A stretch of DNA of 64,000 nt from Parachlamydiales bacterium. GTDB lineage: Bacteria > Chlamydiota > Chlamydiia > Chlamydiales > SM23-39. Below, in pieces: positions 15,921-26,372 of this stretch (position 1 is the stretch's first letter; every line of letters begins with the position of its first letter). The notes beneath the pieces were generated by a model, which saw only the letters and a list, made by a program, of their open reading frames with translations, had not been told where the DNA came from and ran no database searches. The translations under genes were made by a program, and so were the position numbers. The stretch spans positions 15,298 to 79,297 of the forward strand of contig JACVQJ010000001.1 in assembly GCA_015661075.1 (NCBI GenBank). The letters are read 5' to 3'.

Positions 15921-16577
15921 GTGCTCAGCCGATATCCTAAACAGATGGAACGATACTCTCCCCACCTTTCGCTGGCCCATGCATATTGGAAAAATCATTT
16001 ACGTCCGGGCGATACCGCAATCGATGCGACCTGCGGCAATGGCCACGACATGCTCGTTCTGGCCCAGATCCTTTTGGAAGATCCCTCCAGCCTCCTGATC
16101 GGCCTGGACATCCAGAGCGCGGCCCTGGCCAACACATCTTCACTATTGGAACGGTCCATCCCTGCCTCCCACATGGCGCGCGTCCTGCTGCAGCGCCATA
16201 GCCATGCCGATCTCGCCCAAATCCCCCTGCCCAATCCCGTACGCCTGATCGTCTATAACCTGGGATATCTGCCTGGAGCGGATAAAAAGATCACAACTCA
16301 GACAGAAACGACCCTCTCTAGCCTGAAAATAGCTGCATCTCTCTTGGCTCAAGACGGAGCTCTATCGATTACTTGCTATCCAGGCCATGAAGAAGGCGCC
16401 CGCGAGGAAACCGCCATACTGGATTGGGCCAAGCAGCTGGCCCCAAATCGATGGCAGATATGCCATCATTGCTGGATCAATCGAAAGGCCTCTCCAACAT
16501 TTTTTTGGATTCGATCAATCGATGAAACTCATGAGTCATCATCAATGAAAGACGGAAAAGAGAGGAAGGTTTTTTAG
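15921..16577 (+). CDS. class I SAM-dependent methyltransferase (YtqB/MnmM-like)
   Basis: 'GDTAIDATCGNGHDMLVLA' SAM-binding motif and 'NLGYLPGADK'. The start could be Met9 (15945). Confidence 0.7.
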   Translation: MLSRYPKQMERYSPHLSLAHAYWKNHLRPGDTAIDATCGNGHDMLVLAQILLEDPSSLLIGLDIQSAALANTSSLLERSIPASHMARVLLQRHSHADLAQIPLPNPVRLIVYNLGYLPGADKKITTQTETTLSSLKIAASLLAQDGALSITCYPGHEEGAREETAILDWAKQLAPNRWQICHHCWINRKASPTFFWIRSIDETHESSSMKDGKERKVF

Positions 16578-16927
16578 ACTTCACCAAATTTTTTGGCTAA
16601 TTCATCTCTAAGGGGCTGTTTAATAAGGTTCGGATTTCGAGCCATAATAATTCTAAACACTGTTTTTTGAGCAAAAGGCACCATCTGTTTGAATGACTCC
16701 GCTTCAAAACAACTCATTGAAACACAGAGTTCACCAATTGATTCAGCACAATCACCCACTAACAAATCATCATTGTTAGGGTCTGACGCGATTTTCAGTA
16801 AAGCTGTTAAAGCCCTTAGATCTTTACTTTCACCAAGATACATAATAGCATCTTCTCGCTCATCTTCTCTGGCTGTTAGATCAAACAAAATATCAATTAA
16901 CAGCTGTACACGATCTTTCATTTTCAT
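16574..16927 (-). CDS. putative RHS-toxin immunity protein (HEAT-repeat-like)
   Basis: 117 aa, AT-rich. Starts 7 nt downstream of the RHS gene stop. 'EDAIMYLGESKDLRALTALLKIASDPNNDDLLVGDCAESIGEL' is HEAT/PBS-lyase-like. Confidence 0.5.
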   Translation of the reverse strand: MKMKDRVQLLIDILFDLTAREDEREDAIMYLGESKDLRALTALLKIASDPNNDDLLVGDCAESIGELCVSMSCFEAESFKQMVPFAQKTVFRIIMARNPNLIKQPLRDELAKKFGEV

Positions 16928-16933
16928 ATTTGT

Positions 16934-19900
16934 TTAATTGTTAAATTCCAATGGCATATGCTTTCCAACGTTAGCATCTCCAACTTCATTCGTAAATGGA
17001 TTAATATAGCTTTTACCTGATGGATTATTCCAAAGGCGAGCATCGAATCTAGAAATATTGCTTCTAGAATCTAATCCATCTCGAAAACTTCCTTCAGGTT
17101 TCATGCGAAGTCGCCATTCAAACTTTCCATCTTGATAGACACCCCATCTTTCCGGCGCGCCTTGGGGATTCGGCAACTTTTCCCATCCCTTGCTTTTCGC
17201 CCATCCTCGCAGAATCCGAATATTATTCTGCCCCGTTTCAGAGAGCCCTTTAGCCGCTTGATGGAAACGATTATTGATTTTTACAGGATTCAAATCACTA
17301 AACGCCTGTTTCGTCGATGATGCCACACGCGTAGCTGCGGAGGTTAGCGAACAGGGGGAAGGAAGCATTCCTTCAGAATACTGTAAACCACAACGATCTA
17401 GAAAATCGTTCCTGAATGCGTTTTGTCGAGTAATATTTGTGCCAAAAAATCGATCGATCCCTAAATGATCCCTCACATCATTATCGGGCCGCCATGTGGC
17501 AAACGACCGATCATTGGCTCTAATAAATCCAAGTCCCGAGTAATCGTAAATCTCATGGGTCAGTTTCGATGCGGTGTAAACCCCAAACATCGAGATTTCC
17601 CGCCCCAATGCTGGATGGGAATCAAACGAGATCGTTTGCTGCAGGCACTTCCAGTCAAACCCCGTCATGATGAGCCCATACTCATCCAAGTGCGTCAGCG
17701 GATCGTTATGGACAAAGGCATAGAGATTCATGCCATCGGTAAAGCCTGCAGGATCGGGCGTCAGCCACCGCCCCAATGACGGCATGTAGTACCTCCGGCC
17801 ATAATAAACAAGGCCAGTGGCGGCATCGCTCCTCTTGGATGAATAGCGCCAGGGGCTGAGAACCGCACCTTCAATCTTCTCTTCTCCGAACGCACTGTAG
17901 CGATAGATGGACGGCGCGCTGCGATCAAGAGGAACCAGAGCAGCGATATTTCCGGCCAGATCATGAATAAGCGCATACGCATTGCTCTGCAATTCGATTG
18001 CAACAGCCGAATTAATTTCCGCATGCGGTGTTGAGCCCAGGATGCGCAGCTCTTGAAGACGCAGCGCCTCATCGAATGAGCCGATCTCATTTTGCCCATC
18101 GTAAAGGAAATACTGCGTTTTCTGGGCGCCGTTTTGTAGGGTCGTCTTTGATAGGCAGCGATGCAGAGAATCATAAATAAAGTCCTCGCGAAGATCCGGC
18201 GAATCGATCCGGATCAGGCGATCCAGCGCATCGTAGGTATAGCGAGTATCGCCCTGCCGCACGGGATTGCCCCTTTTGTCATATTCCAAATGCGAGACGA
18301 TTTCATTGAGATCATTGACCTGATAACGCTCCTCGTCTTTTTGCAGGCGATTATTAAGCGAGTCAAACGCATAGACGTGCGCAAAGAGCCCTGTTTCATT
18401 GGTGAGCTGATAGAGCGGATCATAGGAATAAGCGCTCTCATCGCCCTGCGTTTGCATACGCAGGATATTGCCAACGGCATCCTGCTCCAGCACGTCCTGT
18501 TTGAACATCGATGAATTAATGCGCGTGGGATGGGAACAGAGATCAAACGAGTGCCGTGCAATACTGCCATCAATCAGCGTCTCTTCCAGCACATGGCCGG
18601 AAGTATCATAGGATGAAAAGCGGTGGGTATAGATGCTCTGTCCATCGAGGGTGCTGCGAGAGATGCTTTTGAGATCCAATGCATTGTACCCATACTCAAT
18701 CCGGCAATGGGCTGCGGGGATCAAACAGGCGATCCGGCGGCCCTGCTGATCAAAGGTGTTTTGCAACACATAACCGCACGGAAACGTCTCCTGCAAGATC
18801 CGCCCTTTCGCATCGACCTGCCGATTCAAACCATCGCTTTGCAGCAGGCGGCCCAGTCGATCATACGCCATTTGGTGGCGGACGGTCCCGTCCGACGAGG
18901 TTAATAAGACGAGATGACCCAATCCATCGTAGGCATACAAGATTGCCGTTCCATCCGCTTTGAGCGTTTGCGATCGCTGGCCATCCGCTTGGTAAGTATG
19001 GCGCGTTATTTTGGCATCCAGCGTGCCGTCCGCTTCGGTCAAGGCGGCCAGACGGCCGCGGCTGTCGCATTCCCAACGAGTCCGAATGTCGCGCATGGAG
19101 CCGTCGAAAGCAAAAACCGTATCGATCTGCAGAGTCGGCTGGCCATTAAGATCGAAGAATTTTTCTTCCTTGGACAGCGTTCGCTCTTTTCGCTTTTCGA
19201 TGGCTGCCAGATGATTGTGGGCGTCATACGTTGAAAGGGTCTGCAGGCTCATCGGATCGGTGTGGATCGTTTGCAAAACTCTCTGGCCGCAGGAATCGAT
19301 AAAGTGATCCTGGTATGCTGTTGTCTCGATCGCGCCCTGAGGATCGGTTTTTTGGATGAGGCGGGACATCGAGTCATATTGGAAGGACTCGCGCGCCTCT
19401 TGGCCATTGATATTTTGGATGACGGCCGAGCGATTGCCGGCCGCATCGTACTCATATCGGATGCAACGCAGCAATTCGCCAGAGACCGACTCTTTTCTCT
19501 CCTCAATGACCCGATCCAGAAGATCGTACTCAGTAATGGAGCAAAGATCTCCAGTTTGCTCTTGATGGAGCCGGCCCAGCGAATCGTAGGCATTGGATGT
19601 TTTTTCTCCATTGCACTCTTCGGCAATCTTGCGGCCCCCCGCGTCAAAAAAATACCGCGTTCGATTGCCCTCCGCATCGATATGTTGGATGAGTTTGGTG
19701 CCTCTATATTCAAACTCCTCAACAGACAGAATCGATGAAGACGAAATCGTTTTTTTGACGATCTGCTTCAGTCCATCATAGACATAGGAAGTTGTAATGC
19801 CAAGTGGATCGATATGAGAGCGAAGCGTGCCGTCCAGATTATAGATATATTCATCGCAAGCATTGTCGGGATGAACAACGAGGGTGGGTTTGCCATAGAC

Positions 19901-22297
19901 GTTATAAGAGGTCTTCGTCACATAACCGTGAGCATCCGTTTTTTGGATTTCACGCCCCGCGCCGTCATAGGCGCTCCGGTATACGGGAGAGATGAATTCC
20001 TTGCATTCGGTTGCCAGAGGCGGTAAATGCGTCTCGATGCGGCGATTCAGAGCATCTGAGACAAAAGCCGTCTCATGGCCGCGCAAATCGGTCTCGACAG
20101 TCAAACTATTGCACTTGTCATAGACCGCATGCTTTTCCCATAAAACACCGTCATTCCCCTGTTTTTTGATGTGGATGGGGCGATGAACCGAATCATAAGC
20201 GCATGTCTGTGTAATCCGTCCTGAAAATTCCTGAGCGCTGATCGGGCAGCCGCAGGCATCGTAGGTGAATGTTTCGCTCTGGCCGATAGGGTTCGTCCTT
20301 TTGATCAGGCGGCCTTTGCCGTCATACGCCATCTCGATGCTGTATCGCAGTGCGTTTTGAGCGTCGTAAACATCTTGCCGAGCAATTTTTGCACCTGTCG
20401 TATAGGCGAGAACAGTCTTTTTTAGCCTTTCTTCCTGGCCATTCTTGCAAAACGATTCCTCGATGATGTGCGGCAGACCGATATAGGGCGCCTGTGCGAC
20501 AGGCGTGATGCGCCGGATCGTTTGCGAATCGCCATCGTCGGACACTTCGCGGATCAACACGTGATCGGCGTCATATTCGAACGTCTTTCTAACCTTAAGT
20601 ACATCACCATCATATGTTGCCTGCGAAATCGGAAGATCTGTTCTGGGCAAATAATCGATAAGGATCCGGCGGCCCGAGTCATCGGATTCTTCCAGCAGAA
20701 GGTTGGGCTCGGATGAAGAATAGCGAAAGCGCTTGCAATAGACCTCAGTTCCGTTGTCGATAGGAATCCCATTTGCGCCGAGAACAGGAGATGGTCCCGC
20801 GCCTGAAAGGTTGCCGTAGAGCCTCTTTTCGATGACATTGCCGCGCACATCGTACATGTAGCGAACAGATGAAATTACCGTTCCGTCGCCATCAATCAAA
20901 CTTTTGCAGATCAGATTGGCCTGATCTGCTCCAGAGCCCCAACAATAGCGCTCTTTATTCAATAACGGGCCATCTTTGGAAAATCGATCGATCGTTTGCA
21001 GGCGCAGATCGTCGCCCCATGAATAGACGGTTCGATTGAGATCGGCATCGAAGACTTCAACGAATCCATGCTGATTATCTTTGCGCTTTTCTTCCGTAGG
21101 GTCGATTCGATGCGAGCTGTAGATGAGTGAATAGATGGGACAAAGAGCGCCGTCGGCGCAGACCGGAGCCGATAGAGTTTTAACCTTGCCTCGATTCCCG
21201 TCCCAAACGAGCTTATCCTCATATTTAAGAACCATTCTCATTTGACCCGCCTCGTACACCGGCTCTAAATGGGATACAACCTCATAATGATCGTTCATTT
21301 TTACGGTTCGATTGGCGACCGTATGAACGGTTTTATCATAATAGTCGGCCTGCAATCGGGGATGGCAGGGATCTGTTATGGAAAAAAGACGGGTAAACTT
21401 TGAGCTTGGGATTTTCAGCGGGGCATAGTCGATCGTAAATTCTCGGTAATTCAGGCTCGTATCAGGTGCTTGCGAAGAGCTGACGGCGCTCACCTCGCCC
21501 AATGTGACTCCTTTTTGACCGATCACATAGCCATATCGAACCACTTGGCCATCGCTGCCCTTGACAGTGAATGTTTTGTTTTTCAGCTTTGGATCATCGT
21601 AGACGATGTCGGCCCAGGCAAAGACCTTGCTCATCGATGCATTCATGCTGCGGATCTTCGTCAGCATCATGCGGTTATGCTGCATTTCATGATAATCATA
21701 GCGGATCTGATGGCCATTCGGGAGATTTTCACAGATCAGCCGATACCCATTATCGTCGCTCGGTGTTTTCTTATACTCGCGAACAGTTCCATCGGCCGCA
21801 TGGACGATCAGATGCCTGAATTTCTCTTCTTCGATCAGAATGTAATTATTTTTAAAATTCGTACGGCTCGAGATCGCTCCCATCGCCGTGTTTGAAAAGC
21901 CCTCTTTGAGGTTTTTCGGCGTGCATCGAATGTATTTGACTCCATCGATTTTGATTGTATCCACTTTTTCGTATTTAATCTGACCGCCGTTGGACTCCTG
22001 AACGACCCATGTATGTTTCGATCGCTCGTATGCAAACACAAATGAGCCAAACGACCAAGATCCGTTATGATAGGTTCGGTAAAAATGAATGGGCTCGGCA
22101 CCCTGGATCGTGAGGTCTTCTTCGTGGGCGAGTAATTCGCCGGTGATTGCGTTGACAGCACCACCAATGATGACGGAAGGATCGTTAGCGAGGGTCACTA
22201 CCGATAAATCTTCATTGGCCGATAAAGTGCCGACGGAAAGAAAAAACAGGATCAAATATTTATTCATAAATCGTTTCAGCTTAAGAAAAAACGACAA
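16934..22297 (-). CDS. RHS/YD-repeat polymorphic toxin with signal peptide and variable C-terminal domain
   Basis: Leader 'MNKYLILFFLSVGTLSA', dozens of YD repeats ('YxYDxxGNxI' variants), and the RHS core end 'GRRYYMPSLGRWLTPDPAGFTDGMNLYAFVHNDPLTHLDEYGL'. A 245-aa tail follows (about 16937-17671). Confidence 0.9.
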   Translation of the reverse strand: MSFFLKLKRFMNKYLILFFLSVGTLSANEDLSVVTLANDPSVIIGGAVNAITGELLAHEEDLTIQGAEPIHFYRTYHNGSWSFGSFVFAYERSKHTWVVQESNGGQIKYEKVDTIKIDGVKYIRCTPKNLKEGFSNTAMGAISSRTNFKNNYILIEEEKFRHLIVHAADGTVREYKKTPSDDNGYRLICENLPNGHQIRYDYHEMQHNRMMLTKIRSMNASMSKVFAWADIVYDDPKLKNKTFTVKGSDGQVVRYGYVIGQKGVTLGEVSAVSSSQAPDTSLNYREFTIDYAPLKIPSSKFTRLFSITDPCHPRLQADYYDKTVHTVANRTVKMNDHYEVVSHLEPVYEAGQMRMVLKYEDKLVWDGNRGKVKTLSAPVCADGALCPIYSLIYSSHRIDPTEEKRKDNQHGFVEVFDADLNRTVYSWGDDLRLQTIDRFSKDGPLLNKERYCWGSGADQANLICKSLIDGDGTVISSVRYMYDVRGNVIEKRLYGNLSGAGPSPVLGANGIPIDNGTEVYCKRFRYSSSEPNLLLEESDDSGRRILIDYLPRTDLPISQATYDGDVLKVRKTFEYDADHVLIREVSDDGDSQTIRRITPVAQAPYIGLPHIIEESFCKNGQEERLKKTVLAYTTGAKIARQDVYDAQNALRYSIEMAYDGKGRLIKRTNPIGQSETFTYDACGCPISAQEFSGRITQTCAYDSVHRPIHIKKQGNDGVLWEKHAVYDKCNSLTVETDLRGHETAFVSDALNRRIETHLPPLATECKEFISPVYRSAYDGAGREIQKTDAHGYVTKTSYNVYGKPTLVVHPDNACDEYIYNLDGTLRSHIDPLGITTSYVYDGLKQIVKKTISSSSILSVEEFEYRGTKLIQHIDAEGNRTRYFFDAGGRKIAEECNGEKTSNAYDSLGRLHQEQTGDLCSITEYDLLDRVIEERKESVSGELLRCIRYEYDAAGNRSAVIQNINGQEARESFQYDSMSRLIQKTDPQGAIETTAYQDHFIDSCGQRVLQTIHTDPMSLQTLSTYDAHNHLAAIEKRKERTLSKEEKFFDLNGQPTLQIDTVFAFDGSMRDIRTRWECDSRGRLAALTEADGTLDAKITRHTYQADGQRSQTLKADGTAILYAYDGLGHLVLLTSSDGTVRHQMAYDRLGRLLQSDGLNRQVDAKGRILQETFPCGYVLQNTFDQQGRRIACLIPAAHCRIEYGYNALDLKSISRSTLDGQSIYTHRFSSYDTSGHVLEETLIDGSIARHSFDLCSHPTRINSSMFKQDVLEQDAVGNILRMQTQGDESAYSYDPLYQLTNETGLFAHVYAFDSLNNRLQKDEERYQVNDLNEIVSHLEYDKRGNPVRQGDTRYTYDALDRLIRIDSPDLREDFIYDSLHRCLSKTTLQNGAQKTQYFLYDGQNEIGSFDEALRLQELRILGSTPHAEINSAVAIELQSNAYALIHDLAGNIAALVPLDRSAPSIYRYSAFGEEKIEGAVLSPWRYSSKRSDAATGLVYYGRRYYMPSLGRWLTPDPAGFTDGMNLYAFVHNDPLTHLDEYGLIMTGFDWKCLQQTISFDSHPALGREISMFGVYTASKLTHEIYDYSGLGFIRANDRSFATWRPDNDVRDHLGIDRFFGTNITRQNAFRNDFLDRCGLQYSEGMLPSPCSLTSAATRVASSTKQAFSDLNPVKINNRFHQAAKGLSETGQNNIRILRGWAKSKGWEKLPNPQGAPERWGVYQDGKFEWRLRMKPEGSFRDGLDSRSNISRFDARLWNNPSGKSYINPFTNEVGDANVGKHMPLEFNN

Positions 22298-22352
22298 TTA
22301 TAAGACGCTAAATGGATTGATGCAACACAAGAGAAAATTTGAGTAATCGGTT

Positions 22353-23525
22353 TTATCGCCCCGGCGTAAAGACGCACGGATCCGTCGGAACCTGGATTCC
22401 CAGAGCTCTTCGTACATCATTCAGGATAAAAAAGCTCCCGCATACGACGAGAGGATCAGAAGTTTGCAACACTTCATCGAGTGATTGCGCCAGATAAGCG
22501 TTGGAAAAACCCTTCGTCTGAAGGCGGCCCAGCAGTTCGTCTGCGCCCATGAGGCGCGAGTGGCCATTGGACACACAGCCGATTCGGCTGACCGCGCCAC
22601 TCATGGCTGCCATGAACAGCGCGGGATCTTTGCCCTTTCCCAACGCAAGAGCCATATGGAACCGGACATTGGGATATTTCGCGTCGAGCGCGGCTCGCAA
22701 ATGGGCAAACCCATCCAGATTATGGGCCGCATCCAATATAATCGGCCGCGGATCGACGATCTCAAAACGGCACGGCGGCCGGCATGCAAGACCGACCTGG
22801 ATGGCCGGCTCGGGGATGCCCAGCTTTTCCAGCGCGGTGCGCGCAATGGCGTTGTTTTCATCGTCATAGAAGGCGGATGCGGCCGGCGCTACAATCAGAT
22901 TTCCCTTCGCCGCCTCGAGAATCGGAGCCAGACACGCTCGGGGGCCCAGCACCACGGGAACGCCTTTTTTGATGATGCCGGCCTTGGCCCGGGCGATTGT
23001 CTCTAGAGTCGGACCCAGAATATCCATATGATCGGGAGAAATCGAAGTGATGACGCAAAGCTTAGGATCGATCACGTTCGTCGAATCGTACATACCTCCT
23101 AATCCCACCTCAAGAACGGCGATATCGATATGTTGGCTCGCGAAATATTCAAAGGCGAGAGCGGTCAACAGTTCAAAAAACGAGGGCTGAACTCCCTCTT
23201 TGTCGATAAACGCAAACAATTTGGGTAAATAATGCTCGACGAACTCTTCGGAAATCATCGATCCATTAACCTGGATGCGCTCGCGATATGTCGAGATGTG
23301 AGGCGACGTATAAAGTCCCACATTGCGCCCCGCCGCTTTGAGCGCCGTTGCGATTTTCAATGAGACGGACCCTTTCCCATTCGTCCCTGCGACATGAATC
23401 GAAACAAATCGCCGATGCCGATGTCCTTGCCATTCATCGATGCACCGCATGCGATCCAGGCTGTTGGCTGATTTTCCGCGAACCGCATAAGAAAAGATTC
23501 TATGAACTAAATCCTGACCAATCAT
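22353..23525 (-). CDS. folC: folylpolyglutamate synthase / dihydrofolate synthase
   Basis: 'IHVAGTNGKGS' P-loop, 'SPHISTYRERI', Mur-ligase layout. Confidence 0.9.
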   Translation of the reverse strand: MIGQDLVHRIFSYAVRGKSANSLDRMRCIDEWQGHRHRRFVSIHVAGTNGKGSVSLKIATALKAAGRNVGLYTSPHISTYRERIQVNGSMISEEFVEHYLPKLFAFIDKEGVQPSFFELLTALAFEYFASQHIDIAVLEVGLGGMYDSTNVIDPKLCVITSISPDHMDILGPTLETIARAKAGIIKKGVPVVLGPRACLAPILEAAKGNLIVAPAASAFYDDENNAIARTALEKLGIPEPAIQVGLACRPPCRFEIVDPRPIILDAAHNLDGFAHLRAALDAKYPNVRFHMALALGKGKDPALFMAAMSGAVSRIGCVSNGHSRLMGADELLGRLQTKGFSNAYLAQSLDEVLQTSDPLVVCGSFFILNDVRRALGIQVPTDPCVFTPGR

Positions 23526-24334
23526 CTCTGAGACAGTTTTCTGAACGTTTCTTCATTGACCCACGATGCGCCGAGGGGAATATTCGGGCGATGGCGGCCA
23601 TGGTAGTCCGAGCCCCCTGTTGCCAGCCAATGATGCTTTTCAGCGAGCTTCACCCATGGCGTTTCCTGGTCTTTCGTTAATCGACTATAATAGCATTCCA
23701 ATCCATCGAACGGATGAGCCAGGACATCGCGCAAAAAATGGCCCTTCTTTAAAAAATGGGGATGGGCCAGGATCGCCCGGCCGCGATGCGCATGCACCGC
23801 CTCGATGACTTCGCGCGGTGTAAATTTTCCGCCGGACGCATAACAACAGGCATCGTCTTTCAAATACCCGTCATAGGCCTCCTGAATCGTGCCCACAGCC
23901 TTTTTTTCCAGCATGGCCGTCGCGATGTGCAACCGCCCCACGATCTGAGCCGGACCGCTGGAATGAAGTTCCGCTTCATCGATGCAGATTCCCTTTTTTT
24001 TCAGCTTCTCCAAAATGCGCCGGTTGCGATCAATTCTACGCTGTAAAACCTCATTGAGAAACACATGAATTCCGTCATCAAAAGCGTACGCCAGAACATG
24101 AACGGTCAATCCCTGCCACTCCGACGAGATCTCGACGCCCCGCAACAATTCGATATTCAATGCGCCGGCTTGCGACCATAGCTCGGGCGTATAGGCCTGA
24201 ATGGTGTCATGATCCGTAATCGAAAGGCCCCGTAAGCCAGCACCAACGGCCAGCTCCAAAAGCTTTTGCGGCGAATCGGTCCCATCGGAACAACGACTAT
24301 GGACATGAAGATCCGCGCGAAATTCGTTATTCAT
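23522..24334 (-). CDS. PHP-domain phosphoesterase (TrpH/YciV-like)
   Basis: 'ADLHVHSRCSDGTDSP...SITDHDT' and 'GGSDYHG'. 4-nt overlap with folC and 8-nt overlap with murB. Confidence 0.8.
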   Translation of the reverse strand: MNNEFRADLHVHSRCSDGTDSPQKLLELAVGAGLRGLSITDHDTIQAYTPELWSQAGALNIELLRGVEISSEWQGLTVHVLAYAFDDGIHVFLNEVLQRRIDRNRRILEKLKKKGICIDEAELHSSGPAQIVGRLHIATAMLEKKAVGTIQEAYDGYLKDDACCYASGGKFTPREVIEAVHAHRGRAILAHPHFLKKGHFLRDVLAHPFDGLECYYSRLTKDQETPWVKLAEKHHWLATGGSDYHGRHRPNIPLGASWVNEETFRKLSQR

Positions 24335-25193
24335 AGGGCACCAAACGCACTTCGGGCTCGAGCCGGATTCCGGTTTGCTGAAAAACCCTCTGCTGGATTT
24401 GCTCGATCAGACTCATCACGTCCGCTTGAGTGGCATGTGACGCGTTGATAATAAAATTTGCATGGATCTCAGATACTTTCGCGCCGCCGACGCAAAGCCC
24501 TTTCAAACCGCACTGATCGATCAGGGCGCCGGCAGATTTTTGCGGCGGATTGCGAAAAATGCAGCCCGCGCTCTTTTCCCGATAGGGCTGAGTGGCTCTG
24601 CGGCAATCGATGTGAGAGCTCTGGGTTTGACGCGCATCCGGATTTTCATCGAAGACAAAGCGGGCCGACAAAATCGATCCCCGCATGGTTTGGAATGAGG
24701 AATAGCGATTGGCGAATTGAAAATCGCCGCGCGAATATATTTTTTGCTCGCCCGACTCATGAAGGTACAAGACTTCATCAACGGTCTGGCTTGTCTCGCG
24801 GCCCCCCGCTCCCGCATTCATAAATATCGCCCCGCCCACTGAGCCGGGAATGCCGACAGCAAATTCCAGGCCTGACAATCCTCTTTTGGCCGATAATGCG
24901 CCCAAACGTGCAAAACTACTACCTGCACCGACATGCGCTTCGCGCCCATTAAAAGTGCAAAAGTCGATTTTATTGTGAATAACGACGCCGTTAAACCCAC
25001 GGTCATCAAAGAGGCAATTCGACCCTTTGCCCAAGATAAAATAGGAAATTTGATGACTCACTGACCATTGGATGGCTTGCTCAATCTCAGAAATCTGCGT
25101 TGCGGCCAAATAATAGCGAACCGGGCCTCCGATCCCAAAGGTCGAAAGCTGTTTTAAAGATTGACCGGTTCGGAATCGCTCTTCGATGGACAT
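24327..25193 (-). CDS. murB: UDP-N-acetylenolpyruvoylglucosamine reductase
   Basis: 'FGIGGPVRYY', 'ILGKGSNCLF', 'AGCIFRNP', 'GGAKVSEIHANFIIN'. Confidence 0.9.
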   Translation of the reverse strand: MSIEERFRTGQSLKQLSTFGIGGPVRYYLAATQISEIEQAIQWSVSHQISYFILGKGSNCLFDDRGFNGVVIHNKIDFCTFNGREAHVGAGSSFARLGALSAKRGLSGLEFAVGIPGSVGGAIFMNAGAGGRETSQTVDEVLYLHESGEQKIYSRGDFQFANRYSSFQTMRGSILSARFVFDENPDARQTQSSHIDCRRATQPYREKSAGCIFRNPPQKSAGALIDQCGLKGLCVGGAKVSEIHANFIINASHATQADVMSLIEQIQQRVFQQTGIRLEPEVRLVPYE

Positions 25194-25597
25194 GGAAAAC
25201 CTTTATAAATAACGTCCAGGATCGCATTGACGAATTGAGCGCTTTCCGGCGTTCCAAATTTTCGGCAAAGCCGGATCGCCTCGCTGATCGCCACTTTGGG
25301 CGGCAGTGAATCGTCATAACATAATTCATAAATTCCCAGCCGCAATACATTCTTTTCAACGCGGGAAATGCGCTCGAACTGATACTCGGTCGAAGCGGGA
25401 CGGATCCGATCGTCGATCTCGCTGAGCTTCTCGCGAATCGCCACCACTTTCGCGTGGGCTTCTCGCGCCGCCTTCTTCGTCACTTTCAGTTCATGCATCA
25501 ACAATTCGACGACATCGGCTTCTTCGCCTTGCGAAAAATCGTCGGCGTAGAGCATCTGAAAAACCATCTCGCGAAATTTTTGTGCCGGCAGGGGCAT
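25154..25597 (-). CDS. nusB: transcription antitermination factor NusB
   Basis: 147 aa. 'REMVFQMLY', 'RISRVEKNVLRLGIYEL', 'PPKVAISEAIRL'. Confidence 0.85.
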   Translation of the reverse strand: MPLPAQKFREMVFQMLYADDFSQGEEADVVELLMHELKVTKKAAREAHAKVVAIREKLSEIDDRIRPASTEYQFERISRVEKNVLRLGIYELCYDDSLPPKVAISEAIRLCRKFGTPESAQFVNAILDVIYKGFPCPSKSDSEPVNL

Positions 25598-25724
25598 AGC
25601 TATTCTCCAATCAGGAAAAAATTATAGCACATCGATCAGGAAAAGCTAAAGGATCGAATGATAATAAAGATTTCTTGAATCTGTCGATCGATATTGATAG
25701 GGTAGATTTCATTCTGGTGTAAAA

Positions 25725-26306
25725 ATGCTCGGCGTCTTTCTCGATACGGAAACCAACGGCCTCAATGCGAATCTCCATAAAATTTTGGAAATCGCTATCA
25801 AAATCGTCGATCTAGGCACGGGCGATTGCAAAGCCGACTATCAAACACTTATTTTACAGCCCTTCGAAGCGTGGGAAAAAAGCGATCAGGAAAGCCTGCG
25901 CATCAACGGGTTCACCTGGGATGAGGTGAAGATGGGCCGATCGCCGCGCCACGCTTCCCAGCAGATCATCGACCTCTTTACGCAGTGGAATATCCGGCGC
26001 AAGCAGGCGGTATTCATATGCCAAAATCCGTCATTCGACCGGGTCTTCTTTTCACAGCTGATCGACCCCGACACCCAGGAACTGCTCAGCTGGCCCTACC
26101 ATTGGCTAGACCTCGCCTCGATGTTTTGGGCCATATCAATGGACAAAGCGAAGCATGGCCAAGGTCCGCCGCCATGGGAAATCCACTTTTCCAAAGACGC
26201 GATCGCCCAGCATTATCATCTTCCGCCGGAAGAAAAGCCCCATCGCGCCATGAACGGCGTCAAACACCTTCTCCTTTGCTATCAAGCCGTAGTGGGTTTT
26301 TCCTGA
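25725..26306 (+). CDS. DEDDh-family 3'-5' exonuclease (DnaQ/RNase T-like)
   Basis: 'VFLDTETNGL' ExoI, 'NPSFDRVFF' ExoII, 'HRAMNGVKHL' ExoIII (H-x4-D-like). Confidence 0.75.
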   Translation: MLGVFLDTETNGLNANLHKILEIAIKIVDLGTGDCKADYQTLILQPFEAWEKSDQESLRINGFTWDEVKMGRSPRHASQQIIDLFTQWNIRRKQAVFICQNPSFDRVFFSQLIDPDTQELLSWPYHWLDLASMFWAISMDKAKHGQGPPPWEIHFSKDAIAQHYHLPPEEKPHRAMNGVKHLLLCYQAVVGFS

Positions 26307-26372
26307 TGTGAATTCTTCTTGCAAAAAAATTATCATTCGAAGTAAAAACCCTTAAGCTTTTAAAAGACTTTC

